From the IMG/VR virus record IMGVR_UViG_3300011443_000201, positions 1-25,005 of that record: 25,005 nt of DNA; one strand, 5' to 3'. Below, in pieces: positions 1 to 7,470 of this stretch (positions are counted from its first letter, which is position 1; the number at the start of each line of letters is the position of its first letter). The position numbers were made by a program, and so were the translations under genes. The stretch comes from a virus (lineage: Duplodnaviria; Caudoviricetes). The notes under the pieces were generated by a model. The model saw only the letters and a program-made list of their open reading frames with translations, was not told the origin of the DNA and ran no database searches.

Positions 1-48
1 AAGTGCTTAAATGAAAGAATTTCTCGGCAAAACAACACTTGTTTAAAC

Positions 49-231
49 ATGGGAAAGTTACGTGTAAAGTTTGAGTTTTCAGTTGAGGTTGACGAACCAG
101 AAACGAAATACGATACTGCGGAAGTTGTATTAGACGCACTTGAAAAAACAAAGTATTACGGATTCAGCGAGGATGATATTGTATTTGTTTATTGGAATGA
201 CGTCTATCCTGAAATAGATGAGCGCCGCTGA
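49..231 (+). CDS. Small acidic hypothetical protein
   Basis: 60-aa ORF overlapping the terL start by 14 nt. The frame is also open to the window edge, so the start is uncertain. Confidence 0.55.
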   Translation: MGKLRVKFEFSVEVDEPETKYDTAEVVLDALEKTKYYGFSEDDIVFVYWNDVYPEIDERR

Positions 232-1870
232 AACCTACGCACGCTGGGCGCTAGACTCTCCCGATACCGGGCGGCTTATTCGGCTTGCGGCTCAAAGGTT
301 CCTTAACGATCTAAAGCGGGACGACATCTACTTTGACGAGGCAGAAGGGAGTCACATGCTGAACTTTGGGGAGCGGTATTGCTATCAGTGGGAAGGGGAT
401 TTTATGGGGTTACCGATTACCTGGGAGCCGTGGCAGTGGTTCGTCTTCCAGCAGGTGTACGGGTGGATTCGGAAGGATACGAAGGGCCGGAGGTTCGATG
501 AGGTTTACGTTCAGGTAGCTAAGAAGAACGGGAAATCAACGATGTGCGCAGTGCTGGCCGACTTTCATTTGATCGCAGATAGGGTTAATACACCGAAGAT
601 ATTCACAGCAGCAAACAACGAAGATCAGGCAAAGATTTCAGTGAACATGGCCGGTCGAATTATCGAAGCTAGCCCGGATTTGCAGGAGCTTGTTGACGAT
701 GGGACGATACGATTATTCAACTATAAGGATAGTATTACAGAGGTTGTAAACACAGAAAAGAATGGTTTCATTAAAGCGTTCTCAAAGGAAAGTGGTGACA
801 AGAAATCGAAGACGGCAGGAGGCAAACATGGTGTTAATGCGTCGATGGGAATCGTTGATGAGTTTGGGATGTCGCAAGATCATGGGGCGTCTAAAGCCAT
901 CAAGACAAGTATGGCGTCCCGCCGTGACCGGCTTATGTTCTACATCACAACGGCTGGTTACATTATGGATGGTCCTTGCTATCAGGAACTTCGGAAGGTG
1001 GGTATACAAGTACTCGAGGGAAGCGTCACCAAAGACAATTACCTACCAATCATTTACGAAATGGACGAGGGGGACGATTGGCAGAGCGAAAAGAACTGGA
1101 AGAAATCTAATCCGAACTTAGATATATCTGTTAACCGTGACTTCCTTAGGGGGATGGTATCAGACGCTGTGACCTACGGAGGCAAGACAGAAGTAGATGT
1201 AAAGACGCTGAACTTCAATATGTGGGTGGATAGTCCAGAGGTGTTTATCTCCGGTGAAGTCTGGGATACCAACACCCACGGACTGGAAGCAGAAGGAGAC
1301 TGTTACGGGGGATTAGAAGTGGGGCCTAGCGGGGAAATCTCCGCTTTTTGTTTGCTCTTTCCAGGGGACGTCGTCGGCGTTAAGATGATGTTCTTTCTTT
1401 CAGAAGATGCTTTAAAAACTCAGGACTTTTACCGGGATAATAAGCAATATATAAAAGTGGATCCGGGTAACGAGGTGGACGTTGACATCGCAGTGCATTG
1501 GATTATAGACGAAATCCAACAGTACAATATGCACTCCTTCTGTTTTCCAAATACGCAGAAAAATAATAGTATTGTTCAGGGACTTATTAAAAATGGGTAC
1601 ACCGGTAACCCGATTTCACAAGGTATGTCGGGGATTGCTGAAGCTACCCAGAAGTGGGAGAAACTATTACGAGCGGGGAAGATTGAACACTTCGGTAACC
1701 CTATTTTGAAATATCATAACTCCAATTGCTTGGCTATTCGAAAAGAACAGGGGACGCGGATAGAAAAGAACGGCAAAGTATTAGGAATATACGCTTGTCT
1801 CAACGCCGTCGCGCAGTGGGATAGCATATCAGCTACAGAATTAAACGATAAAATGATACTTTCCTGGTAA
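218..1870 (+). CDS. terL: Terminase large subunit (Terminase_1-like); nuclease domain looks degenerate
   Basis: EPWQ motif, Walker A VAKKNGKST, Walker B GIVDE, coupling motif YITTAG, W-K-SNPNL-S, and C-terminal CYGGL..IEHFGNPIL. Confidence 0.96.
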   Translation: MSAAETYARWALDSPDTGRLIRLAAQRFLNDLKRDDIYFDEAEGSHMLNFGERYCYQWEGDFMGLPITWEPWQWFVFQQVYGWIRKDTKGRRFDEVYVQVAKKNGKSTMCAVLADFHLIADRVNTPKIFTAANNEDQAKISVNMAGRIIEASPDLQELVDDGTIRLFNYKDSITEVVNTEKNGFIKAFSKESGDKKSKTAGGKHGVNASMGIVDEFGMSQDHGASKAIKTSMASRRDRLMFYITTAGYIMDGPCYQELRKVGIQVLEGSVTKDNYLPIIYEMDEGDDWQSEKNWKKSNPNLDISVNRDFLRGMVSDAVTYGGKTEVDVKTLNFNMWVDSPEVFISGEVWDTNTHGLEAEGDCYGGLEVGPSGEISAFCLLFPGDVVGVKMMFFLSEDALKTQDFYRDNKQYIKVDPGNEVDVDIAVHWIIDEIQQYNMHSFCFPNTQKNNSIVQGLIKNGYTGNPISQGMSGIAEATQKWEKLLRAGKIEHFGNPILKYHNSNCLAIRKEQGTRIEKNGKVLGIYACLNAVAQWDSISATELNDKMILSW

Positions 1871-1905
1871 TTTATGCAAGCAACCTACAGTCTACATACA
1901 GTCCA

Positions 1906-2667
1906 ATGACATACGAAGAAGCCAACGACGACCTACATATACCACAGAAACCATTCAAAGTGGTAGCGGTTATTCCTGTTCACGAACGGTTGGAATTATT
2001 GCCGCTAACAATTGGTAGACTTTACAAAAAAAACAGAGTTGATACGGTCATTTGTGTGGGTGACGGGATAAAAGAAAAAGCTATTTGCATTGAATCAGGG
2101 GCGATGTGGGTGGATCATGTTAATAAACCACTGGGCAGAAAGTGGAACGCCGGGTATTTAGCGGCTAAGTCATTACATCCTGACGCTGTTTTATATACCG
2201 GAAGTTCTGATTGGATAAGTGAGGATTGGATTCATGTTATGAAACCTCACGTCCAGGCTCATCACATCGTTGGGGTTGCGGGCTGTCAATTCATAGATGT
2301 ACGGGAAAGAATAAGGGCGGTTGAATGGCACGGATACACGGGGGACCGTGAGAATGAAACGATAGGCATAGGCAGAATGATTTCAGCAGAACTATTGGAC
2401 CGTATACAATGGCAACCGTTCGACAATATTAAAGATAATTCAATGGACCGATGCATGAAAGAAAAGTGCGAGAAGATTGGAGTTAAAGAATACTTTGTGC
2501 GCGATGAAAGACTAAAGGCCGCAAGTATTTCCACTAATAAGTGGGTTAATAAGCATGTCTTTGAACATCACTGGTCAGGGGCTATACCATCAGAGAAAAT
2601 TTTCGACAAACGATTTATCATTCAACAGTTTCCAGAGGTTAACGATTTACTCAGCGCGCTCAAATGA
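1906..2667 (+). CDS. GT-A fold (GT2-like) glycosyltransferase
   Basis: N-terminal VVAVIPVHER..LL strand, NKPLGRKWNAG, LYTGSSDWIS at the DXD position, GIGRMIS. Paralogous to 9617..10315. Confidence 0.8.
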   Translation: MTYEEANDDLHIPQKPFKVVAVIPVHERLELLPLTIGRLYKKNRVDTVICVGDGIKEKAICIESGAMWVDHVNKPLGRKWNAGYLAAKSLHPDAVLYTGSSDWISEDWIHVMKPHVQAHHIVGVAGCQFIDVRERIRAVEWHGYTGDRENETIGIGRMISAELLDRIQWQPFDNIKDNSMDRCMKEKCEKIGVKEYFVRDERLKAASISTNKWVNKHVFEHHWSGAIPSEKIFDKRFIIQQFPEVNDLLSALK

Positions 2668-3416
2668 GAATTACACAAGCCTACGTTTCAAAGTCAGTTG
2701 CAGATTTTCCATTCCATCAGATTTATCAATTAGATGATTATAACAACACAGAAGAACCGTGTGTATTTTTTGGGTGCTATCGGTATGAAGACGTACAGCT
2801 TATCAATAACCATAGAGGGAAACGGTATATCTTTTGGACCGGTCAGGATATTTTGAATGATGCTTTTTTTATTAATGATGCAGACCACATCACAGCGCAC
2901 CCAAAAGTTTACAATTTATTAATCAAACGTTTCGGGACGGCTCAACTTGTTAAACCTTCAACCTTTCTAAATGAGATAAAAGCGCAAGAGCTAGGCAAAA
3001 AGATATACGCTTATTGTCCCGGTAATATGATTTATCATGGATCGAAAGTTATTGATGAGTTAAGGCGTGCCGGTTATGAGATAACGATAGGCGACGGTCA
3101 GTGGACACAGGACCAATGGAGGAACGGAAAGGCAGACCAATTTTATAACGAAGTTGGTATAGGGTTGTGTCTCTCGGAGTTTGCTGGTGGTGGGACTTCT
3201 ATTATTGAAATGGGATTACGTGGTATAAGGGTGGTAACAAATGTATTTGATTTGCCCAATTGCATAAAGTTTGCAGATGCACAGGACGTAGCTAAAAAAA
3301 TAGAACGTGAGAAAAAAAGAATAGGGACAATAGATAAACTACTGGCGCTGTCAGTATGGAATGCGCTGGATCACGAATATAAATGGCTAGAATATGAATG
3401 TGTTAGTACTATCTGA
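2664..3416 (+). CDS. GT-B fold (GT4-like) glycosyltransferase
   Basis: C-terminal FYNEVGIGLCLSEFAGGGTSIIEMGLRGIRVVTN resembles the GT4 nucleotide-binding motif (S..EGFG...lEam..G.PVi). IFWTGQD in the N-domain. ATGA overlap with the upstream gene. Confidence 0.65.
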   Translation: MRITQAYVSKSVADFPFHQIYQLDDYNNTEEPCVFFGCYRYEDVQLINNHRGKRYIFWTGQDILNDAFFINDADHITAHPKVYNLLIKRFGTAQLVKPSTFLNEIKAQELGKKIYAYCPGNMIYHGSKVIDELRRAGYEITIGDGQWTQDQWRNGKADQFYNEVGIGLCLSEFAGGGTSIIEMGLRGIRVVTNVFDLPNCIKFADAQDVAKKIEREKKRIGTIDKLLALSVWNALDHEYKWLEYECVSTI

Positions 3417-4041
3417 TAACAAACCACTACTTGACCGAGCGCGGCCTACATTTGAGCGTCGGAAGGTTAACAGGTGGACGTTTTCCAGTTCATCATACAT
3501 CCATCCGAAGTTAGATTATAAGCACATCATTAAGACATATGATTTAGTCATTAGTATGCACTGTAAAACTATTTTTCCTAAAGAGCTATTTGCTCAAGTT
3601 CGGTGCATTAACATACATCCAGGATATAACCCTTTTAACCGTGGTTTGTTCTCACATATTTGGTCTATGCTTAACGGCCTTCCGGCGGGGGTGACGATTC
3701 ATGAGATGGTGGGAGAAATAGACGGTGGTCCGGTCATCTGTCAGTCACAGGTAGAGATACGAAAGGACGATACTTCTGAAAGTTTATACGAAAGGATATT
3801 AGACGAAGAATTATTACTTATACATGAGCGAATTGATAAGATAATAGCCCACGATTACGAAACCTATCAACCTCCTGAAGGCAATTACAATTCATACAAG
3901 GACTTCAAACGATTGTGCGCGATAGATCCTGACAGGGTTGGAACGTTCGCAGAATTTTACGACATTATAAGGGCGTTATCACATAGCGGCTATAAAAATG
4001 CTCACCTGAATGACACCTACTTTAAAATACAGATACTATGA
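3394..4041 (+). CDS. Sugar N-formyltransferase (dTDP-4-amino-4,6-dideoxyglucose formyltransferase, WbtJ/VioF-like)
   Basis: YDLVISMHCKTIFP, catalytic CINIHPGYNPFNRG, GVTIHEM..EIDGGPVI.Q, and short C-terminus IRALSHSGYKNA typical of WbtJ-type enzymes. Confidence 0.88.
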   Translation: MNVLVLSDNKPLLDRARPTFERRKVNRWTFSSSSYIHPKLDYKHIIKTYDLVISMHCKTIFPKELFAQVRCINIHPGYNPFNRGLFSHIWSMLNGLPAGVTIHEMVGEIDGGPVICQSQVEIRKDDTSESLYERILDEELLLIHERIDKIIAHDYETYQPPEGNYNSYKDFKRLCAIDPDRVGTFAEFYDIIRALSHSGYKNAHLNDTYFKIQIL

Positions 4042-5153
4042 AGACATCCACATCTGAAATGCGCCCATTAGTTGGTGAACATTTTAAACAATGCAACACT
4101 TGTTTGTTCGATGAAACGATAGCTAAGATTTACGACGATGGGGAGTGTGAATACTGTAAACTTCAAACTCAACTTCGTGAACAAGCGCGTGAGCCGTGGG
4201 TCCATGTTCTGGACAGGATTAGAAAGAAAGGTAAAGGCAAGCAATACGACTGCTTAGTTGGTATTTCAGGAGGTGAGGATAGTTCGGTATTATTGTATCT
4301 CACTGTTAAAGTCTGGGGGCTGCGCCCGTTGGTTATTCATTTCAACAACCGTACCAACCGACCGGAAGCCAACAATAATATAAAAGTTCTGACAGAGCGA
4401 TTATCAGTAAACTTCATCGAGTACTTTTTGGATAAGAACGAGTACGATAATTTAACAGACTCACTACTGAAAGCCGGTGTTCCGGATTGTGATATAGCCA
4501 ATGATGTTTGTATGTCAAAAATGATGTACACAGCAGCCAAAGACAACGGCATTAAGTACATTTTAAACGGCCACAGCTTCCGGGAAGAAGGTTCCAGTCC
4601 TAAAGCATGGTCAGTAATCGACTACACTTACCTAAACTCAGTCTATAGACGGTGGAACGGGAAGGATCTTGTTAACTATCCATTGCTCACGGTATGGGAT
4701 CAAATTTGGGGAGCTATAATTGGTCTAAAACAGGTCCGACCCTACCACTACGCTGACCATGGACGGGCGGAGGTGCTAAGAATTATCAAATCATGGGGAT
4801 GGAAAGACTACGGCGGTAAGCATAACGAGAACATTTATACTGCTTTTATAGGCGGATACGTGCTGCCTAAAAAGTTTAACATCGACAAGCGCAGAACCTA
4901 TTTAAGCGCACATATCCGTGAGGGAAAGATGAACAAGGAATTTGCCAGACAGATTTTATCCGAAGAAGCAATTTTTAACCTTGACGACCTGGGGGACAGG
5001 AAAGATCATCTACTACACCTGGTAAATTCCTCACCAATACGACCACGGGCCGACTATAAGATGACCAATTTTAAGAGATTGAAGCCTATTTTTTGGTTGT
5101 TGATGAAGTTCAAAGTGTTGCCAACGACAGCGTATGCCAAGTATTGTAAGTAG
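4038..5153 (+). CDS. N-acetyl-sugar amidotransferase (WbuX/WbpG-like PP-loop ATPase)
   Basis: N-terminal CxxC...GxCxxC, YDCLVGISGGEDSS PP-loop, GLRPLVIHFNN, YILNG, GGKHNEN..T.F...YVLPKKFNIDKRR.YLSA.IR.G. Confidence 0.9.
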   Translation: MKTSTSEMRPLVGEHFKQCNTCLFDETIAKIYDDGECEYCKLQTQLREQAREPWVHVLDRIRKKGKGKQYDCLVGISGGEDSSVLLYLTVKVWGLRPLVIHFNNRTNRPEANNNIKVLTERLSVNFIEYFLDKNEYDNLTDSLLKAGVPDCDIANDVCMSKMMYTAAKDNGIKYILNGHSFREEGSSPKAWSVIDYTYLNSVYRRWNGKDLVNYPLLTVWDQIWGAIIGLKQVRPYHYADHGRAEVLRIIKSWGWKDYGGKHNENIYTAFIGGYVLPKKFNIDKRRTYLSAHIREGKMNKEFARQILSEEAIFNLDDLGDRKDHLLHLVNSSPIRPRADYKMTNFKRLKPIFWLLMKFKVLPTTAYAKYCK

Positions 5154-5173
5154 GCTTAATTTTTGTATTTTCG
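5144..5173 (+). promoter_or_regulatory. Putative Bacteroidota sigma70-type promoter (-33/-7)
   Basis: TTG (5144-5146), then a 19-nt spacer, then TATTTTCG (5166-5173). One mismatch to the TTG-N19-TAnnTTTG consensus. Confidence 0.5.
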
Positions 5174-5228
5174 TGCAATGATTTCACGTAAGCTATACGT
5201 AAGACAGCCACGATCCTGCAAGGGATAA

Positions 5229-5265
5229 GCGGAGCCTGGGAAATACCCGGGCTTCTGCGTTTAAG
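5229..5265. terminator. GC-rich stem-loop, probable intrinsic terminator between convergent units
   Basis: GCGGAGCCTGGG-AAATA-CCCGGGCTTCTGC (G-U pairs and one bulge) followed by GTTTAAGGTTTT. It abuts the stop of the minus-strand ORF at 5261. Confidence 0.6.
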
Positions 5266-5437
5266 GTTTTCGCCTTTTCTTAGACTTCCTAAATGAATCG
5301 TAATTGCAAGGGGGTGAAAGGTTGTGTTCCTTTTCGAACCTATCTGAAGCACGTTGGTAGGCTTCAGGATTGCTCCGAGCTTGTCTTAGCTCAGTAAAAA
5401 AATACTCATCAAGTGCCTGAATGGGAGTTTTTGCCAC
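5261..5437 (-). CDS. 58-aa hypothetical protein with basic C-terminus (not in the ORF track)
   Basis: GTG start at 5437. Translation MAKTPIQALDEYFFTELRQARSNPEAYQRASDRFEKEHNLSPPCNYDSFRKSKKRRKP. A-rich leader, TATCTTTA -7-like box at 5446-5453 on the minus strand, and a hairpin immediately after the stop. Confidence 0.6.
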   Translation of the reverse strand: MAKTPIQALDEYFFTELRQARSNPEAYQRASDRFEKEHNLSPPCNYDSFRKSKKRRKP

Positions 5438-5513
5438 AGTTTTTTTAAAGATAACGCATTTTTGGAAATTCTTCCATACGACAAATGGGTAAAAATTTTC
5501 TCATTTGTTGCCA

Positions 5514-6779
5514 GTGGCAAAATTTCACGATTTCATTGATCGGTATATTTGGCCGGTGTCCAGAAATTACGGCGACTCATTGGCTACGATCAATGGGACG
5601 TTATTACAATCTATTTTAGGGTACGATGACTACACTGATGAACGTATAACCGTTCGCCAAGCCCTAAGAATTACCCCTGTTTACATCTCTACAATGGTAA
5701 GGGGAAATACTATTGCTTCCCTTCCGGTGAACGTCATCCGCGATGAGGGTAAAAATAAAGTTCAACTCACAGACCATCCAGCCTACTATCTTTTAAGTCA
5801 AGAGCCAAATTCATACATGACGGCGGCCAATTTCTGGAAGACGATCATGCTACACGTAGACGCGTGGGGAAATGCTTTCGCCTACATCAACAGGGATAGT
5901 CGGCAGAACCCTAAAAGCCTTGACTTATGGGATATTCAAAAGGGCGTGAAGATTTCCACTGTTAACGGGCAGCTATTTTACACCTATGAAGGACAAACCG
6001 AACCCGCGAAGGATGTTCTACACTACAGGTTCTATTCTTTTGATGGCATATGTGGTGTGTCTCCGATACTCGAAAATTCTAACACTATTGGTCAGGCTCG
6101 TAAGCTAGACCGATATCAAACGGCGGTGACGGGCGCGCGTCCTCCTGGAATCCTTTCCTATGACGGTAGGTTGACTCCGGAACAAATCGCACAGAACGAA
6201 AAAGCCTTTAAAGATTCTTCGAAAGTGGTAAAAGTACTTTCCGGGGGATGGAAATATCAGGCTATTATGACCGATCCTCAGTCGGTGGAGTTTGCACAAG
6301 CTAAACAAGCGGTTTACAGGGATGTTTACGGCATTTGGCAGATTCCGCCCACGTTCGCGCAGAACTTCGAAAGGGCTACCTATCAGAATGCAGAACAGTC
6401 AGATTTAGTCTATGCCAAACACACGATAACGCCTATCTGTAGAAATATCGAACTAGAGAACAACATGAAGCTATTCTTCGAAAAGGAGAAAGCCAACACC
6501 TATACAAAGTTCAACATGAACGGCCTTCTCAGGGGGGATCTCGCAGCCCGTCAGGCATTCTATCAGTCAATGATAAACATTGGCGCAATGACCCGGAACG
6601 AAGCAAGAGAGTTGGAAGATAACAACCCGTACGAGGGCGGAGATGTGCCACTGATTCAGGGGGCCATGATACCCGGAGACGATGAGGGTATAGAATCACT
6701 CAGAAAGAAAATGGAAACGGAAGTAATACCGTCAGCACCTATAACAAACAAATTAAATGGATACACAATCCTACAATAA
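5514..6779 (+). CDS. Portal protein, HK97 family
   Basis: IASLPV, DHPAYYLL..EPNSYMT...FW, WGNAFAYI.RD, DVLHYR.YSFDGI.GVSPI, LLRGDL..R, MTRNEARELE. GTG 5514 (MAKF...) is preferred over TTG 5505 as the start. Confidence 0.96.
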   Translation: MAKFHDFIDRYIWPVSRNYGDSLATINGTLLQSILGYDDYTDERITVRQALRITPVYISTMVRGNTIASLPVNVIRDEGKNKVQLTDHPAYYLLSQEPNSYMTAANFWKTIMLHVDAWGNAFAYINRDSRQNPKSLDLWDIQKGVKISTVNGQLFYTYEGQTEPAKDVLHYRFYSFDGICGVSPILENSNTIGQARKLDRYQTAVTGARPPGILSYDGRLTPEQIAQNEKAFKDSSKVVKVLSGGWKYQAIMTDPQSVEFAQAKQAVYRDVYGIWQIPPTFAQNFERATYQNAEQSDLVYAKHTITPICRNIELENNMKLFFEKEKANTYTKFNMNGLLRGDLAARQAFYQSMINIGAMTRNEARELEDNNPYEGGDVPLIQGAMIPGDDEGIESLRKKMETEVIPSAPITNKLNGYTILQ

Positions 6780-7470
6780 AGATTACCTGGAAGGGGTGAT
6801 CGACCGGGCGAAGTTTCCAAAAGACATAGAGGAAACGCGGACGGTTCAGTTTGTGATTTCAACTGAAGCAAAGGACCGCCACGGCACGAAGCTAAACATG
6901 AAGGGTTGGAATCTTGACAACTTCAACCGAAATCCAATAGTCGGCTATCAGCATAACGTCTACGGGGATAATATGTGTGTCCCTCCTAATCCTGATGACG
7001 TACTTGGTCCTGCGCGCGCGTGGATGGAAGACGGGCGTCTGATGGGTGAAGTGAAGTTTGAAACAGCAGACATTAACCCGCAGGCAGAAAAGATATTCAG
7101 AAAGGTACTTAACGGAACGCTTAAAGCTACTTCCGTTGGATTCTTGGAAACCGGAGAGGGCGAATGGGTAGAGACGAAGGATGCCAAAGGAAAGGTGATA
7201 GACAAAACATATCACTTCGCCGGCCAAGAACTACTTGAATTTTCAATTGTAAACATTCCGAGCAATCCAGAGGCTACCCGCAAGGTGGTAATGAACCACG
7301 CGCGAGCGGGTGTTCAGATGCTTAACCGTATCGGCCTGCCCGTAGCTGAAATAAGAAAAGTAGTTAATGGGATACTTGACTCACTAGAGGAAAAAGAAGA
7401 AACACCGGGGCCGGTAGAAACGCCCTTATTAAATAAAGCAAAGGAGTTTATCACAAACAGAAAAAAATGA
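6757..7470 (+). CDS. Prohead maturation protease (HK97/S78-like)
   Basis: STEAKDRHG, F.RNPIV.YQH (His), LKATSVGF (Ser), LLEFSIVNIPSNPEA. Lies between portal and MCP. Confidence 0.93.
   Translation: MDTQSYNKDYLEGVIDRAKFPKDIEETRTVQFVISTEAKDRHGTKLNMKGWNLDNFNRNPIVGYQHNVYGDNMCVPPNPDDVLGPARAWMEDGRLMGEVKFETADINPQAEKIFRKVLNGTLKATSVGFLETGEGEWVETKDAKGKVIDKTYHFAGQELLEFSIVNIPSNPEATRKVVMNHARAGVQMLNRIGLPVAEIRKVVNGILDSLEEKEETPGPVETPLLNKAKEFITNRKK

Noticed and set aside
1-231. Terminase small subunit
   Set aside because: The 60-aa acidic ORF shows no recognisable TerS features. TerS probably lies upstream of the window.
3394-4041. Methionyl-tRNA formyltransferase (fmt) or PurN
   Set aside because: It lacks the long Fmt C-terminal domain and the HxSLLP motif. 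HPGYNP.NRG and the C-terminus fit sugar N-formyltransferases, as does the context.
4038-5153. QueC-like 7-deazaguanine DNA modification enzyme
   Set aside because: It shares only the SGGxDS PP-loop. Length, N-terminal Cys cluster and the KH.EN/DKRR motifs fit WbuX/WbpG, and no queD/queE/folE/dpdA is seen.
5110-5352. 80-aa minus-strand ORF from the track
   Set aside because: It runs through the terminator-like hairpin and overlaps the amidotransferase end. The different-frame 5261..5437 ORF has better start, stop and composition.
5154-5513. tRNA, riboswitch or phi29-like packaging RNA in the intergenic gap
   Set aside because: No cloverleaf or T-loop and no recognisable riboswitch consensus. 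A pRNA idea (prompted by the degenerate TerL nuclease) has no support beyond scattered hairpins.
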